Positions 52,655-64,000 of a DNA stretch of 64,000 nt are shown piece by piece; within the stretch, counting starts at the first letter, position 1, and each line of letters begins with the position of its first letter. Where the stretch lies: positions 90,274,001-90,338,000 of the forward strand of contig NW_024704742.1 of assembly GCF_018977255.1 (NCBI RefSeq). Direction: 5' to 3'. Source of the stretch: Callorhinchus milii (Eukaryota). Below the pieces are notes generated by a model. That model saw nothing but the letters and a program-made list of their open reading frames with translations. It made no database searches and was not told where the DNA came from. Both the position numbers and the translations under genes were made by a program.

Positions 52655-52960
52655 CAGAAGGTTCTCACCTGCACCGAACTCCACACGACAGATCACCCCA
52701 ATCCTTGCCAGGCTCCACTGGCTCCCAACAGAACTACTTCAAGGTCTTTATCCTCATCTAAAATTCCCTTCATGCCCTAGCAACTCCACTTCTCTGCTTG
52801 TCCTCTTTGCTTAGCTAACTCCGGCCTGATGTGCGTTCCCCACCCCCTCTACGCCACCATTGGTGGCTGAACCTCTCGGCATTCTTCCCCTTCCCTTTGC
52901 CCTCAATCTGGCTTTAATTCATGCTTTAAAACCTATCTCTTACTATGCCTATGGCCATCT
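52655..52960 (+). mobile_element. L2 3' fragment
   Basis: ITPILARLHWLP; ccaccattggtggctgaacc. Confidence 0.75.
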
Positions 52961-53104
52961 ATCCTTTCTCCAAACCTGCCATCTTGAAGACATAAAAGAT
53001 GGAGTTTAATAATCTGAATGTAAAACTATGGAGAACATTGGCAGTTCATTAAAACTACTTTAAAAAGCAGAACTTTAGTACATCCTATACATTTTCAACT
53101 CTTT

Positions 53105-53450
53105 CTTGATATATATGACATCTCCGAGACTTCTCAAAGCGCTTCACAGAACATACTGTAAAGTGAATTGACTGTATATTTTGTGGACAAAATGCGGCAG
53201 CCAATTGCACACAGCAGTGTCCCACAAGATTTCGTGGATTGAGTGACTAAATTATTATTATCATTTTAATGAAGGGATTATTTCCTCAAGAAAGTGATCC
53301 ACCAATCAACTAACATGTTCTATTTACTGCTAGGTAAACAGAGGTGTGTGGAGTAAGGAAATGTGCCTAAGGTTTCGCCCCATCCAGGAATCAAAACCAG
53401 GTCCTGTCGCTTACAAGGCAAGTGCTCTAACTAATACGCTGAAGGACATC
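53105..53450 (-). mobile_element. tRNA-derived SINE, long subfamily
   Basis: Body and diverged head. Confidence 0.85.
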
Positions 53451-54009
53451 ACATTTTTATGGATGTTCAAGCCTTTCTTGACTATACTGTGCTGCAGTGT
53501 GAATGTGGTTCAATTGTTGCATTTCATTTTCGTTTCTTCTTAAAGGTTTATAATGTTGCATTCGTTTATTCTCCGGTGCTTCAGAGATCATTGAGCACAC
53601 AAGCAATGTAAATGAGGCTTGAGAGGCGAGAACTGAAAAGACTCTGGACAAAGATCCATTTCTACACACATTGACTGAGATTGCATTGCTTGCAAAAGAT
53701 AAAATTTTATTATGGTCTAATGATTGGTACTTTTAAAATTGTGAGTCTTTTTTGATGCAGGTATCTAGTCAGTCAGCTGTAAAATAAAACAAGGGGAATA
53801 GGGACGGCACACAAGCACCAAATAGGATATGAGTTGTCAGGTCATGGGAAGAGAAGAGAATGAAATAATAGGGAATAGAGAAATTAAGGGGTTGTGGGGG
53901 AATATATTGGAGTCTGTACTTCCTAGTTTAATACTAAATTCGAACCTAATGTCCAATGGATATGTTGTTTTCTATGGCAATTTGTATTTAAAATCAAGAA
54001 TAACCCAGT

Positions 54010-54815
54010 AACAACAGCAACAACAACTTGCATTATATGGCTCCCCTCATGCAGGGTAGCATCCCAGAGCACTTGACAGCGGCAGAGCACGACGCTGAGC
54101 CGGGGGGAGGGGAAGGTGATGGTAGGCACGATCGAATAGGAAGGTGTTCAGGCTCAACCTTGAAAAGAGGAGGGTAAGGGATGACCTGATAGAAGTCTTT
54201 AAAATGATGGAAGGTTTTGATAGGGTAGGCATAGGGAAGATGCTTCCACTTGAGGGGGAGTCTAAAACCAGGGGCCATCAATATAAAATAGTCAGAAATA
54301 GATCAAATAGGGAAGTTAGAAGAAATTTCTTCACAGAGAGTAGTGGGAATGTGGAACATGCTTCCACAAGGAGTTTTTGAGGCAAATAGCATAGATGTAT
54401 TTAAGGGAAAGCTAGATAGCTATATGAGGGAGAAAGGAATAGAAGGTTATGTTTGAAGGCTTAGTTGAGGAAAGGTAGGAGGAGGCTTATGTGGAGCATA
54501 AACACCGGGATGGACCAGTTGGGTCGAATGGCCTGTTTCTGTGCTGTATATTCTAACGTATTCTAAAGTATTCTAACCTCAAGATGGGAAAAGAAAGGGC
54601 AAGGTGGAGGGATAGAGGAAGAGTATTCCAGAGTTTCGGCGCATAGTAGCTGAAAGCTTGGCCGCTAATGGTGGAACTGAGGCTACAAGGGTCATGCAGA
54701 AGGCTGAAGTCAGTCGAGCAGTGGCAGCAGGTTGTGGGGTAAGCAGGTCAGAGAGGTAGAGAAGTGCCAGGGCACGAAGCGATTTGAAAACAAGTGTGCG
54801 GATCTTGAAATCAAT
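54010..54815 (-). mobile_element. L2 3' fragment split by a CR1 insertion
   Basis: L2 tail at 54010-54160 resumes at about 54577 (gagtattccagagtttcggcgcatag...gatcttgaaatcaat). Confidence 0.75.
54162..54576 (+). mobile_element. CR1 3' fragment
   Basis: LEKRRVRDDLIEVFKMM...TRGH; gaatggcctgtttctgtgctg; tail of tattctaa repeats. Confidence 0.88.
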
Positions 54816-55602
54816 CAGTATACAGTATATCTGGTATGAACCATGCTGACCTGAAATAATTCATTGGGTGGAATTAGCTGCTAAAACCATCATCCAGAGA
54901 ACATTTCAACAGGCCATTGATTTGGAAATGTGCAGTAAAAACACAATTGGTGCTAATAGATTCAGCCTTCACTCAAAAGTTGAGATTTTTGGGGGGCTAG
55001 CCGGGTGTCTGACATGCGGAAACCCATCACCATGCTTAAGAAGATCCAAACTGAGAATTCCATGCATCCCACCTACACATGGACATTCCAGAGATCGTTG
55101 AGAACTGACTGCTTTTTTAAAACAACAAAGACCTGTTAGTGTTGTTCTGCAGATGCATTTAGTTTCTCGTGCACAACTGTCCTCAGCTCCCAGTGACAGA
55201 GATCGGGAACAGGAAGCAATAAATCTAACTATCTGCACCAAATTGCTCTATTGCTCTTGCAGCACCAAAAATAGGAATAAATCCATTGGAAAAGGGATAC
55301 TGCATCTTTTAAAAAAAAGTCTGCATACTTTCAATGCCTTTTCCCTCTTGGTTACCATATACTGAAGAGGCTTATAACATGTTAAAGAATGTGCCTAAGG
55401 CATGCCTTTCATCCATAAAAATAATCATGTCAGACACATTGTCAATCACCTACAACAACAACAACTTGCATTTATATAGCACCCTTCACACAAGATAGCA
55501 TCCCGGAGTGCTTGAATATTGCCATCAAACGTTGATACTCTCTTGAAAAAATAACTGAAGTTGTCAGAAATGTGCTAATCTTTGACCAAACAGAGATGGC
55601 AA

Positions 55603-55926
55603 GAGTCCTGTAGCTCAGTGGTTAGAGCACTCGCTTTGCAAGCGAGAGACCTGAGTTCAATTCCAGGCAGGGCGAAACCTTGGGCAAGTTTCCTTACTCC
55701 ACACGCCTAATAATAATCCCTCCAAAAACCAAAAACAATAATAAATTGGTCATTTTCAATCTACGACTGTTTGTGGGACATTGCTGTGCACAATTGGCTG
55801 CCGCGTTCGCCCACAAATATACAGTCAATTCACTTTACAGTATATTCTGTGAAGCGCTTTGGGACGTCCTCCCGACGTGAAAAGCGCTATATCAAATGCA
55901 AGGATTATTATTATTATTATTATTAT
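55603..55926 (+). mobile_element. Young tRNA-derived SINE, short subfamily
   Basis: Near-consensus with CpGs retained; A box tagctcagtgg, B box gttcaattcc, TGC anticodon-like loop, (TTA)n tail. Confidence 0.96.
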
Positions 55927-56199
55927 CACAATTGAATCTCGGGGTGGATGAAGAGTTTTTTTCTGCGTCACTGAAGTCCTCCCAAAAATAAAACACCTTG
56001 TCATGGCAATGAGGCACACATTTCAATTAAGTTTCCATTATTTTCGAATCGAGAACCACACTTTTTAAAAAAGATAAAAAACATTTTTACGAGTCATCTG
56101 ATTGGCGGCAGCACCATGCTGGTAGAATGAAAACAAATAGTTATTTGATGGACTCCCTTCAAGAAACATTAGAAATGTTAAATTGATTTCCTAATGCTC

Positions 56200-56716
56200 A
56201 ATGTGGAGTGGAAAGAATGATCTTTTTGGGACATGGAATGCCCAACCAAGTAGGATGGTGGAGAAAGAGTCCATTGTGGGTTTCAAATGGAAGAGAAAGG
56301 CTTGAAGGGGTATAGAGATGAGAGCGGGCAGTGGGATTGAATGAACAGCTTGCTCTGAGAGCCAGTCCAAACATGATGGACCTAAAATCCTCCTTCTGTG
56401 CTGTAAATTTCCACAATTCTATTTTTCTGCTGACTCTACTGGAACGCCTTACGTATGTCCCATGTCGGTATCAATCTCTCGTTAGACATACACTCCATCC
56501 CACAATCCCTCAGCCTTGCTCCCTCCATTGCCTCCTTCGAGGCATGACTCAAAACCTTCCTTTTCGATCATGCATTCAGCCACCCGTCTACCTCTCTGCC
56601 CTCCTTCATCCCAACCCTGCCCCCCCACACTCTGGACCTGATCCCTGACTGTTCAGCACCTTGGGACGTCCTTCCGATGTGAAAGGCGCTTTACAAATAG
56701 AATTTTGTTGTTGTTG
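56200..56716 (+). mobile_element. CR1 3' fragment followed by L2 3' fragment
   Basis: ggacctaaaatcctccttctgtgctgtaa (CR1); cttgggacgtccttccgatgtgaaaggcgc...ttgttgttg (L2). Confidence 0.7.
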
Positions 56717-57109
56717 TATACTACTCATCTCGACCATTTTGATTTCAGACCGTAAGCTTCTAATTTGCTTTTTTATATGAATGGACTAATGTTCATTCAC
56801 AGACACTCAGTCACTACATTTCACAATATATCCTGTGAGGCACTTTGCAATGTCCCCCAACATAAAAGGTGCAATAACAAATTATTATACTAAGACTGGA
56901 TATCCATCAGAACAACTAATCTAATTATCAGGCCTTCGGTAATCTTATGTCCAAATCAAATTGTTTTATTTTCCACGTTACTAGTGCTGAGGATAGAAAA
57001 TATAATAATTTGTGAAAATAAGATGAACATTTTTGGTAAAATGGAAAATTGAGCTAAAAAAAAATTTACTATTCCAAGACCAATTGACTGTTTCAAAAAT
57101 AAATAGGCT

Positions 57110-57845
57110 CTCATTTTTCCCCTCCTCCCGTCTTCTTCCCAAAACGTTTGATTGTTATTTTCCTGCTAAGCTACAGGCCCATCGTACCGCATCCTAGTGG
57201 CTGTTATTCATGTCTAAGCTTTGGCAGTAAGTGTTGATGCATGGAAATCTCAGCTTGATTTGGATACTCTTAAGCATAATGATGGGTTTCCCCATGTGTC
57301 AGACGCCCGGCTGACCAGTGAGTGTTGTAAGACTATTCAACAGCAGCGGGCATCACAGCCAAGCCTAAAATGTGTCCTCACCAAACATCTGCACTTGTAC
57401 AGCTGCGCTAAAGCAGGGGGTCACTGGATATTGATCAGAAGTGGGAATCCTGTCTTCCTGTTCAGATGGGTGTTAAAGATCCCATACAACTATTCGAAAA
57501 GACAAGGGAGTTTCTCCTGATATCCTGGCTAACAAATCCCCCAAATTAAATTTGTCACTCACTCCATGGCTATTTTTGGGATATTGTTATGTGGAAACTG
57601 GGGCTGCCACACTTTGCTCCCAAAATACAGAGTCACTATACTTTACAGTATATTCTGTGAAGTGCTTTGCCTTTTGATGTGGTAAGGCACTATATCAAAT
57701 GCAAGGATTATTATTATTTTCTCACCTTTAACTCAGGGGTGCTGGGGCCAACTGTGCTGAGATCAGCTACTTTGGTACGTACCAAGATTCATATCTGCAA
57801 ACCTCTGAGTGTTCTAGTGCTCCTGCTTGGCACCAGTCAGTGCTT
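57110..57845 (-). mobile_element. LF-SINE-like element with two nested insertions
   Basis: rc LF-SINE motifs at 57185-57236, 57316-57450 and 57720-57840; a Deu-type SINE 3' half on + occupies about 57451-57717. Confidence 0.65.
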
Positions 57846-58454
57846 TCTCAACTTAGACCTGTTTGTTGGACCCCTTACGCTGACTGTCTCGCTCATTTGA
57901 CTTTCCCTCACCTCTGGAATATCTCTCGCCTCTGCCACTACCTCTTCCCCCAGGTTGCCAAGACACTCATCCATGCTCTCAATGCATCCAGACTCAACTA
58001 TTCCAATATGCCACTTGCTGGACCCCCCAGCTCAGTCAGCTGTGTGAAGCTCTGTGAGACATCGTCCCAACGTGAAAGGCGTTATGCGTAGGTCTTTAGA
58101 CAGAACTTCTTAAGTTTCACTGCCTTTATTGATAAACATGATTGGTGTCTCTCAGCTGCATTACTGTATTGTAAGCCACTGACTGCCACACATCTCTGAG
58201 CAAAATACCAGACATACACATTTCGTTAAATATCTTTACGTTGGATCTTTGTAAACCTGTAGAGATGATTGATATATTTCCAGTATCATATTGATGATAC
58301 AATAAAATATTTTGTTTATCACAGAAGCCTACAAGAGTCTACAAAAGCAGGACAGTGGGACCTCGATGATGGGTAAGTAAAATTGGTGGATAATCAAGGT
58401 TTGCATAAACACACCATTTAAGTTTTGGCTTCTTGGGGTTAAAATTGCATTATT

Positions 58455-58776
58455 TAATAATAATAATAATCCTTGCATTTGATATAGCGCTTTTCACGTC
58501 TTCTAGATGTCCCAAAGCGCTTCACAGAATATACTGTAAAGTGAATTGACTGTATATTTGTGGGTGAACGCGGCAGCCAATTGCACACAGCAATGTCCCG
58601 CAAACAGTCGTAGATTGAAAGTGACCAATTTATTATTGTTTGTTGTTTTGGAGGGATTATTATTAGGCTCTGTGTGGAGTAAGGAAATTTGCCCAAGGTT
58701 TTGCCCTCTGCCTGGAATTGAACTCAGGTCTCTCGCTTGCAAAGCGAGTGCTCTAACCATTGAGCTACAGGACTCC
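58455..58776 (-). mobile_element. Young tRNA-derived SINE, short subfamily
   Basis: Complete head/body/tail. Confidence 0.95.
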
Positions 58777-58808
58777 AAGTACATGTTGTGACTATCTACA
58801 GTGGTGTT

Positions 58809-59505
58809 ACAACAATAACTTGCATTTATATAGTATTTATATAGCCTACATCCCAGAGCGCTTGACAGTGGCCGAGCACAACTCCGAGCCGGGGGAATAG
58901 GAAGGTCTTCAGGCACGACCTGAAGAAGGGGAAGAAAGGGGCGAGGCGGAGGGAAAGAAGAAATGTATTCCATAGTTTTGGGGTGCAGTGGCTGAAGGTG
59001 CTGATACCAATGTGGAATAGAAGGCACGAGAGACATGCAGGAGGCCGGAGCCAGTCAAGCGGGTTGTGGGGTAAGCAGATCAGAGGGGTAGGGAGGTGCC
59101 CGGGCATGAAGGCATTTGAAAACTAGTGTGAGGATCTTGAAATCGATCCCTTCGGCAATAGGGAGCTAGTGGAGCCTGGCTAGAACTGGTGTGAAGCAGC
59201 TATGGATTTTAGTACAGGTGAGGATGCAGGTGGCAGAGTTTTGGATCAGCTGGATCCTGTGCACGATGGCACTGGGAAGACCGGCATTTGAGAAGTCGAA
59301 TTGGGAGGTGACAAATGAATGGACAAGGGTTTCGGCTGCATCTGGGGTTAAGGTACCGTTGGAGGAGGGCAACGTACCGGAGGTGGAGGAAGGCGGTCCT
59401 GGTCAGGGACCGAATGTGGGGAAGGAAGGACAACTGTGGGTCGAACCCGATGCTTAGGTTGCGCATAGGTTTGGTATGTCTGAAGGATAGGCCGGGGAGG
59501 TTAAA
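58809..59505 (-). mobile_element. L2 3' fragment
   Basis: FDPQLSFLPHIRSLTRTAFLHLR; AAETLVHSFVTS; TPVLARLH; tail. Confidence 0.88.
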
Positions 59506-62019
59506 CATTTAATTCCCTAATATATGGTTTAATTTCTTCATGTGACAAGTAACGTACTCGTGGAGTTAAATCCACATCTTCCTTATTGAGGTCAGCAGCA
59601 GGTCATGAAGTGAATGGAAGCTATGAGGAGAGTTCAGAGGATCTGGGTAACCGATCATCATGGTGTGGCTAATGAAGGGTCCACTGTATCTTAATAGCTA
59701 TAGTTAAAAAAAAATCAATTTCGGTTAGCTCGCTAAACCCTGATCTGCAAGAAAAACTGAAACACCCTAGAGGAAATGAGCTTGGTCCCATTTTCAACAT
59801 AAAACATGATGGAAAGTTCAATGGGTACATGGACAAGGTTTAGCAATTGACCAATTGTGATTAAATCCATGTCAATCCTGGGTCCTTCAAACCACATTCA
59901 GTAATCTTAGATCAGTATTTCACATTTTCTTACTATTACTAGAAAGGAGCAATTCTAAGAAAAAGATAATGCGATACTGTTTTTTTTAAACCTGTAGTGT
60001 GTTCGTTTTTAAAAACAAATTGATTTTCTTGTGTATTTGACAATCACTAAAGTTACTTGGGAACATTTTTGAACATGTTGCACCCAGTGGCTAACATTAA
60101 ACACTTCCCACATGTTAGTTTGATTCCTCATGGGGGTGGGGGGGTGGGAGTGGGAGGAAGGAAAGGGCAAACTGATCCTACTTGATGTGGCAGCTGCCCT
60201 TTCCAATGATTCTGATGAGTAGGTTGTGATATTAAAGAGTGTGAGCCGTTCCCAATGCAATCAGCCATGGCATTCACAGGTATCTATTTCATTGTCACAA
60301 ACGTGCCTGTGGATAATGCTGGCCGGGTGCCCTGAACAATGGCTGGTTGCTTTGCGTGTGAAGAGTTTGTGAGAACTTTCTTTGCTCTGTTAATTCCTCT
60401 CCCTAAACCCCATTCGGGTTCACATTTACTGAAGGAGTAGCTGCAGTCCTACGGAGTGATGCTAACCACAAACAAGCAAGGGTAGGTCAGATTCTCACTA
60501 TGTGGGAAAGCACACCTCAGAGCAATAGTAATAAACAATAGCTTATACAGTAATTGGAAAGTATGTCAGGAATTCAGGCAGGCTGCACTGCACTGGACAA
60601 GAAGCCTACGATTGTTATCACACTAAATCACTAAATCTCCAAGAAAAAAATGCAAAATGTCCAGCAAGTTAAAAATCTGTAGGGTATTCCTTCAGTTACG
60701 TTCTTTACTGCAACTGTACAATTTGGTTTTGTATATATATTTAAAAACAAATATTATTCGAGAGTGTAGTTCTACACTTCCTTCAAATTTGGCTTCATAT
60801 TTCACTCACAAAATACACTTTCCAGTAAATTCTGTGAAGCACTTTGAAATGTCTCAATGAAATGATAAGGCACTATATCAAATGCACAAATGCAAGGATT
60901 AATATTATTATTATATTGTATAGTCATCTATTTAATCCATTATAACAATGTCATTACTGTTCATTCATTGCAGTTTTAAGGTACTGTTCTGTAATATGAT
61001 GAAACAGGTGCCACAAATGCATGTGTACATATTAAAGATTTGATTTTAAAAGTTTTTTTAAAATTAGGATTTCTATATTAAGCAGTCTTCAAAAGCTCCC
61101 CTTATTCTCAAAGTCAGTATTGTTGAAGTAATCAACAGCACTGCGCTGAACTAAAAGGGCAATATGACATTTGCTTTGTAATTTATGTCCCCCAGTACAA
61201 AACAGGTCTTACATCCATCAACTATTGCATAGAATTTCTAAAATGATGGCATTTATGTGGCAATGTTACAGCAAAGGAAGTAGGTAACAAGAATTGAATT
61301 GTTATTTCTAACTATTTGAAATGTAAAACATTTCAAAAACAAAAACAATAACAATTATCCTCTGATCCATGGCTTTGTGGTTGATTCATCGATGTAAAAT
61401 GAATGTGCTATAGTTGTAGAGAGATTTCTGTTGTGTTCTTCCCCCTCCCAGAAGCTGGACGTGGATGGAACAGCATTGGGCTCTCATTGAAGATTCTGTG
61501 TTGCTCTCCAGTCTCAACAAGGCACATCCACAGAGGTACAACTCACGGAGAAGCGACAATTTAAGGAGTTTGCAAAGGAGCGAGATCCAATAATACACTT
61601 GAGAAGTGCTAGTTGCATCCCGTATTATGTTCGTAAAGTAGCTCTAGCTAATATAGGAAACCTGCACAAACAGATGGGGTATGGAGGGCGGGAAATATCG
61701 GGAGTCATTGACATGACCCAGGGACACTGGCCACACACCAGATCTGCTCTCCCACTGCCCAATCAACACCTGGTACATTTAAACATTTTACCACATAATG
61801 CCTAGGCACGATAGAAAATTATTTGGAGTTTAGAAACCGTACATAGTGCTTATCTGCAGAATTGGCTTACAATTTATCCCCACACACAATGGACAATTTT
61901 TACATTTTACTTCAAGGCACCAGTGAATACCTGCCACAGACCCAGAGGTGCAAATTGATCCAAAATAGAGTGGATTCATTCAACCATCTCCACTAGCACT
62001 CACCCCTCCTTTCACTGCT

Positions 62020-63125
62020 TGGACCCTGTCTCCCACTCATCCCTCATTTCCCAATGAAAACCACTCTGCCTACATGACCTCAATCATCACATTGCTCCTA
62101 GCCACCAGCTTTCCCTCCTCACTCCTCTTTTAGCAGACATCATCAACCTCTCTCTCTATTAGTGTAGTAAACCCCCTTCAAAAACCACTGCCATCACTCA
62201 TTTTATCAAGAACTCCTCACTGGATCTCTCCATGTTCTCTACTTACTAACGTATCTCCAACCTCTCTTTGCTCTCCAAGGTGTTGGATTAAGTTATCGTT
62301 TCCCAGGTTTACTGCTTCTTATAATAATACTAATATCCTTGCATTGAATATAGCGCATTATCACTTCTTTGAGACATCTCAAAGCACCTCACAGGATATA
62401 TTGTAAATCTTTACTGTATATCTTTGTGGGCGAAACACAGCAACCAATTGTCCACAAACAGTAATTTATCCCAGCACTCCCTCTTTGAGCCCTTCCAATT
62501 CAGTTTCCACCCTGTCATTGTATATAAGCCTGGAACAGTTTGTGTTGGAAGGTTGTGGGTTCAAGCCCCACATCAGGACTTGGAATTTGTATCGTGTAAG
62601 ATGACACTCCAATGCAGTGCTGCATTGTTGGAGGTGCCGTCCTTCGGATGAGGTGTTAAATTGAAGTCCTGTCTGCCTGTTCAGGTGGATGTTAAAGATC
62701 TCATGGCATTATTTGAAAAGAGAAAGGAGTTTCTCCCAGTGTCCTGGGCAACAATCCCCCAAATAAAATTGATCATTCACTTCATTGCTGTATGTGGGAC
62801 ATTGATGTGTGCAAATTGGCTCGTTCAAAATCAGTCATTCCAATTTACAGTAAATTCTGTGAATCACTTTCTTTCTGTCTTTCTTCTTCCTTTCACATTT
62901 TTCTGGTATGAAAGGCACCAAATGTAGGGAATATTATCCCTCTGGCATCTTCAATGCCATAAACTATTTCATCTTTCTCCACTGTCTTTCCTCCCTGCTC
63001 CACCTCCATGACCCTGTTCTTTCTTGGTTTCAATCTTACTTGTCCCAATATCTTCATTCAGTCTCTTCCAATGGTTTCTCCTCCTGCACAGTTGCATGCA
63101 GCATTCCTCAAAGCTCCAATCATGG
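62020..63125 (+). mobile_element. Degenerate L2 pieces interrupted by a SINE tail (-, 62325-62460) and a Deu-domain SINE (+, about 62545-62870)
   Basis: tatctccaacctctctttgctctccaagg; cttcggatgaggtgttaaa...gatctcatggca; DPVLSWFQSYLS...VSSNGFSS. Confidence 0.7.
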
Positions 63126-64000
63126 TCTGCAAACTGGGATTAATGTTGGTTTAGTAATACTCTTGAAATTGTATTTGTCACCAGTTGATTCAGCTAAAAT
63201 CAATTGCACTTGATAGGCAGTTACCCCAATATTGAAAGGGATGGTAAATCTGGATAAAGTGCTTGTAAGACAGGTTGCCGAGTTTAATGCACTCTGGACA
63301 GTTCAGGCCACAGCACATGTAGTTTATAATTTTTTTATACAATACAAATTTACATTTATATAGCACCTTTCATATCTTGTTCAACCTCCAACTATCCTTC
63401 AAACCCTGTGCGCAATTGGCTGCAGCATTTCTACACAAAATACACAGTCAATCCACTTTGAGCTCAATCGAAAATATACAGTCAATCTACAAGTCTCAAC
63501 GATGTAATAAGGCGTTATATCAAATGCAAGGATTATTATGCGCTGCTTCATGTCCCCTGCCCACTTACCATATCAGGAGGATCTCCCATGGCATTTAATA
63601 ATACTGGTTTAGCACCCAAGCTGAGGAGGATGGGGAGGGAAAGACGACCAAAAACGCAGTCAAAGATATGGGTGTTGAGATGGACCTTGAACGAGTTGAG
63701 CGAGGGAGCACAATTCTACAGCAAACAACAAACCCGGCTGATCAAAGCAAAATCTAGTACGTGCTAAAGGAGACAGCTTAGTCTCTCAAGTCAGATGTAT
63801 GTGAAGTGTAGCTTTAATGAGACTTGTGAGATCCATACAAATGCTGCACGAGACCCATGACACTTACAAGATGAAACATGCTGTGCTGCAGTGTGCAGTT
63901 TTAGACAAAGGTGCATCTGTGCCGCTTACCTTCCCACGAGTGTCCAGCAGGTGGCAGAAAATAAATTAAACTGATGAAGGGTCATTCATGATACTTTAAG

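Noticed and set aside
55603..55675. tRNA-Ala(TGC)-like sequence (also 30777 and others)
   Set aside because: It is the SINE head: continues into SINE body, no matching acceptor-stem 3' strand or Pol III terminator
63971..63995. ctgatgaagggtca as a hammerhead ribozyme
   Set aside because: No GAAA partner or stems visible before the window end

Overview
AT-rich, repeat-dense vertebrate genomic DNA. The repeat mix points to a cartilaginous fish, most plausibly a chimaera/holocephalan such as Callorhinchus; this is inferred from repeat families, not verified. I cannot confidently call any host protein-coding gene. The window contains about 16 near-complete copies of a tRNA-headed SINE with an L2-type tail (long and short subfamilies), older Deu-domain SINEs, LF-SINE-like relics and many L2 fragments (one 1.9-kb copy with an RT frame). 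It also holds one essentially full-length but disrupted CR1 LINE (35.6-40.1 kb) inserted in a SINE head, and a Penelope-like GIY-YIG fragment with a decayed hammerhead-like motif. The most unusual part is 43.3-50.8 kb: CpG-richer unique islands separated by large simple-repeat tracts and a 25-N gap. Some islands there are diverged inverted copies of each other, and one copy reads as an intact 141-nt spliceable ORF. Several unexplained inverted/direct repeats and hairpins, plus a 79-bp TSD-flanked unknown element, are also reported. Coordinates were read by eye; element boundaries are approximate.
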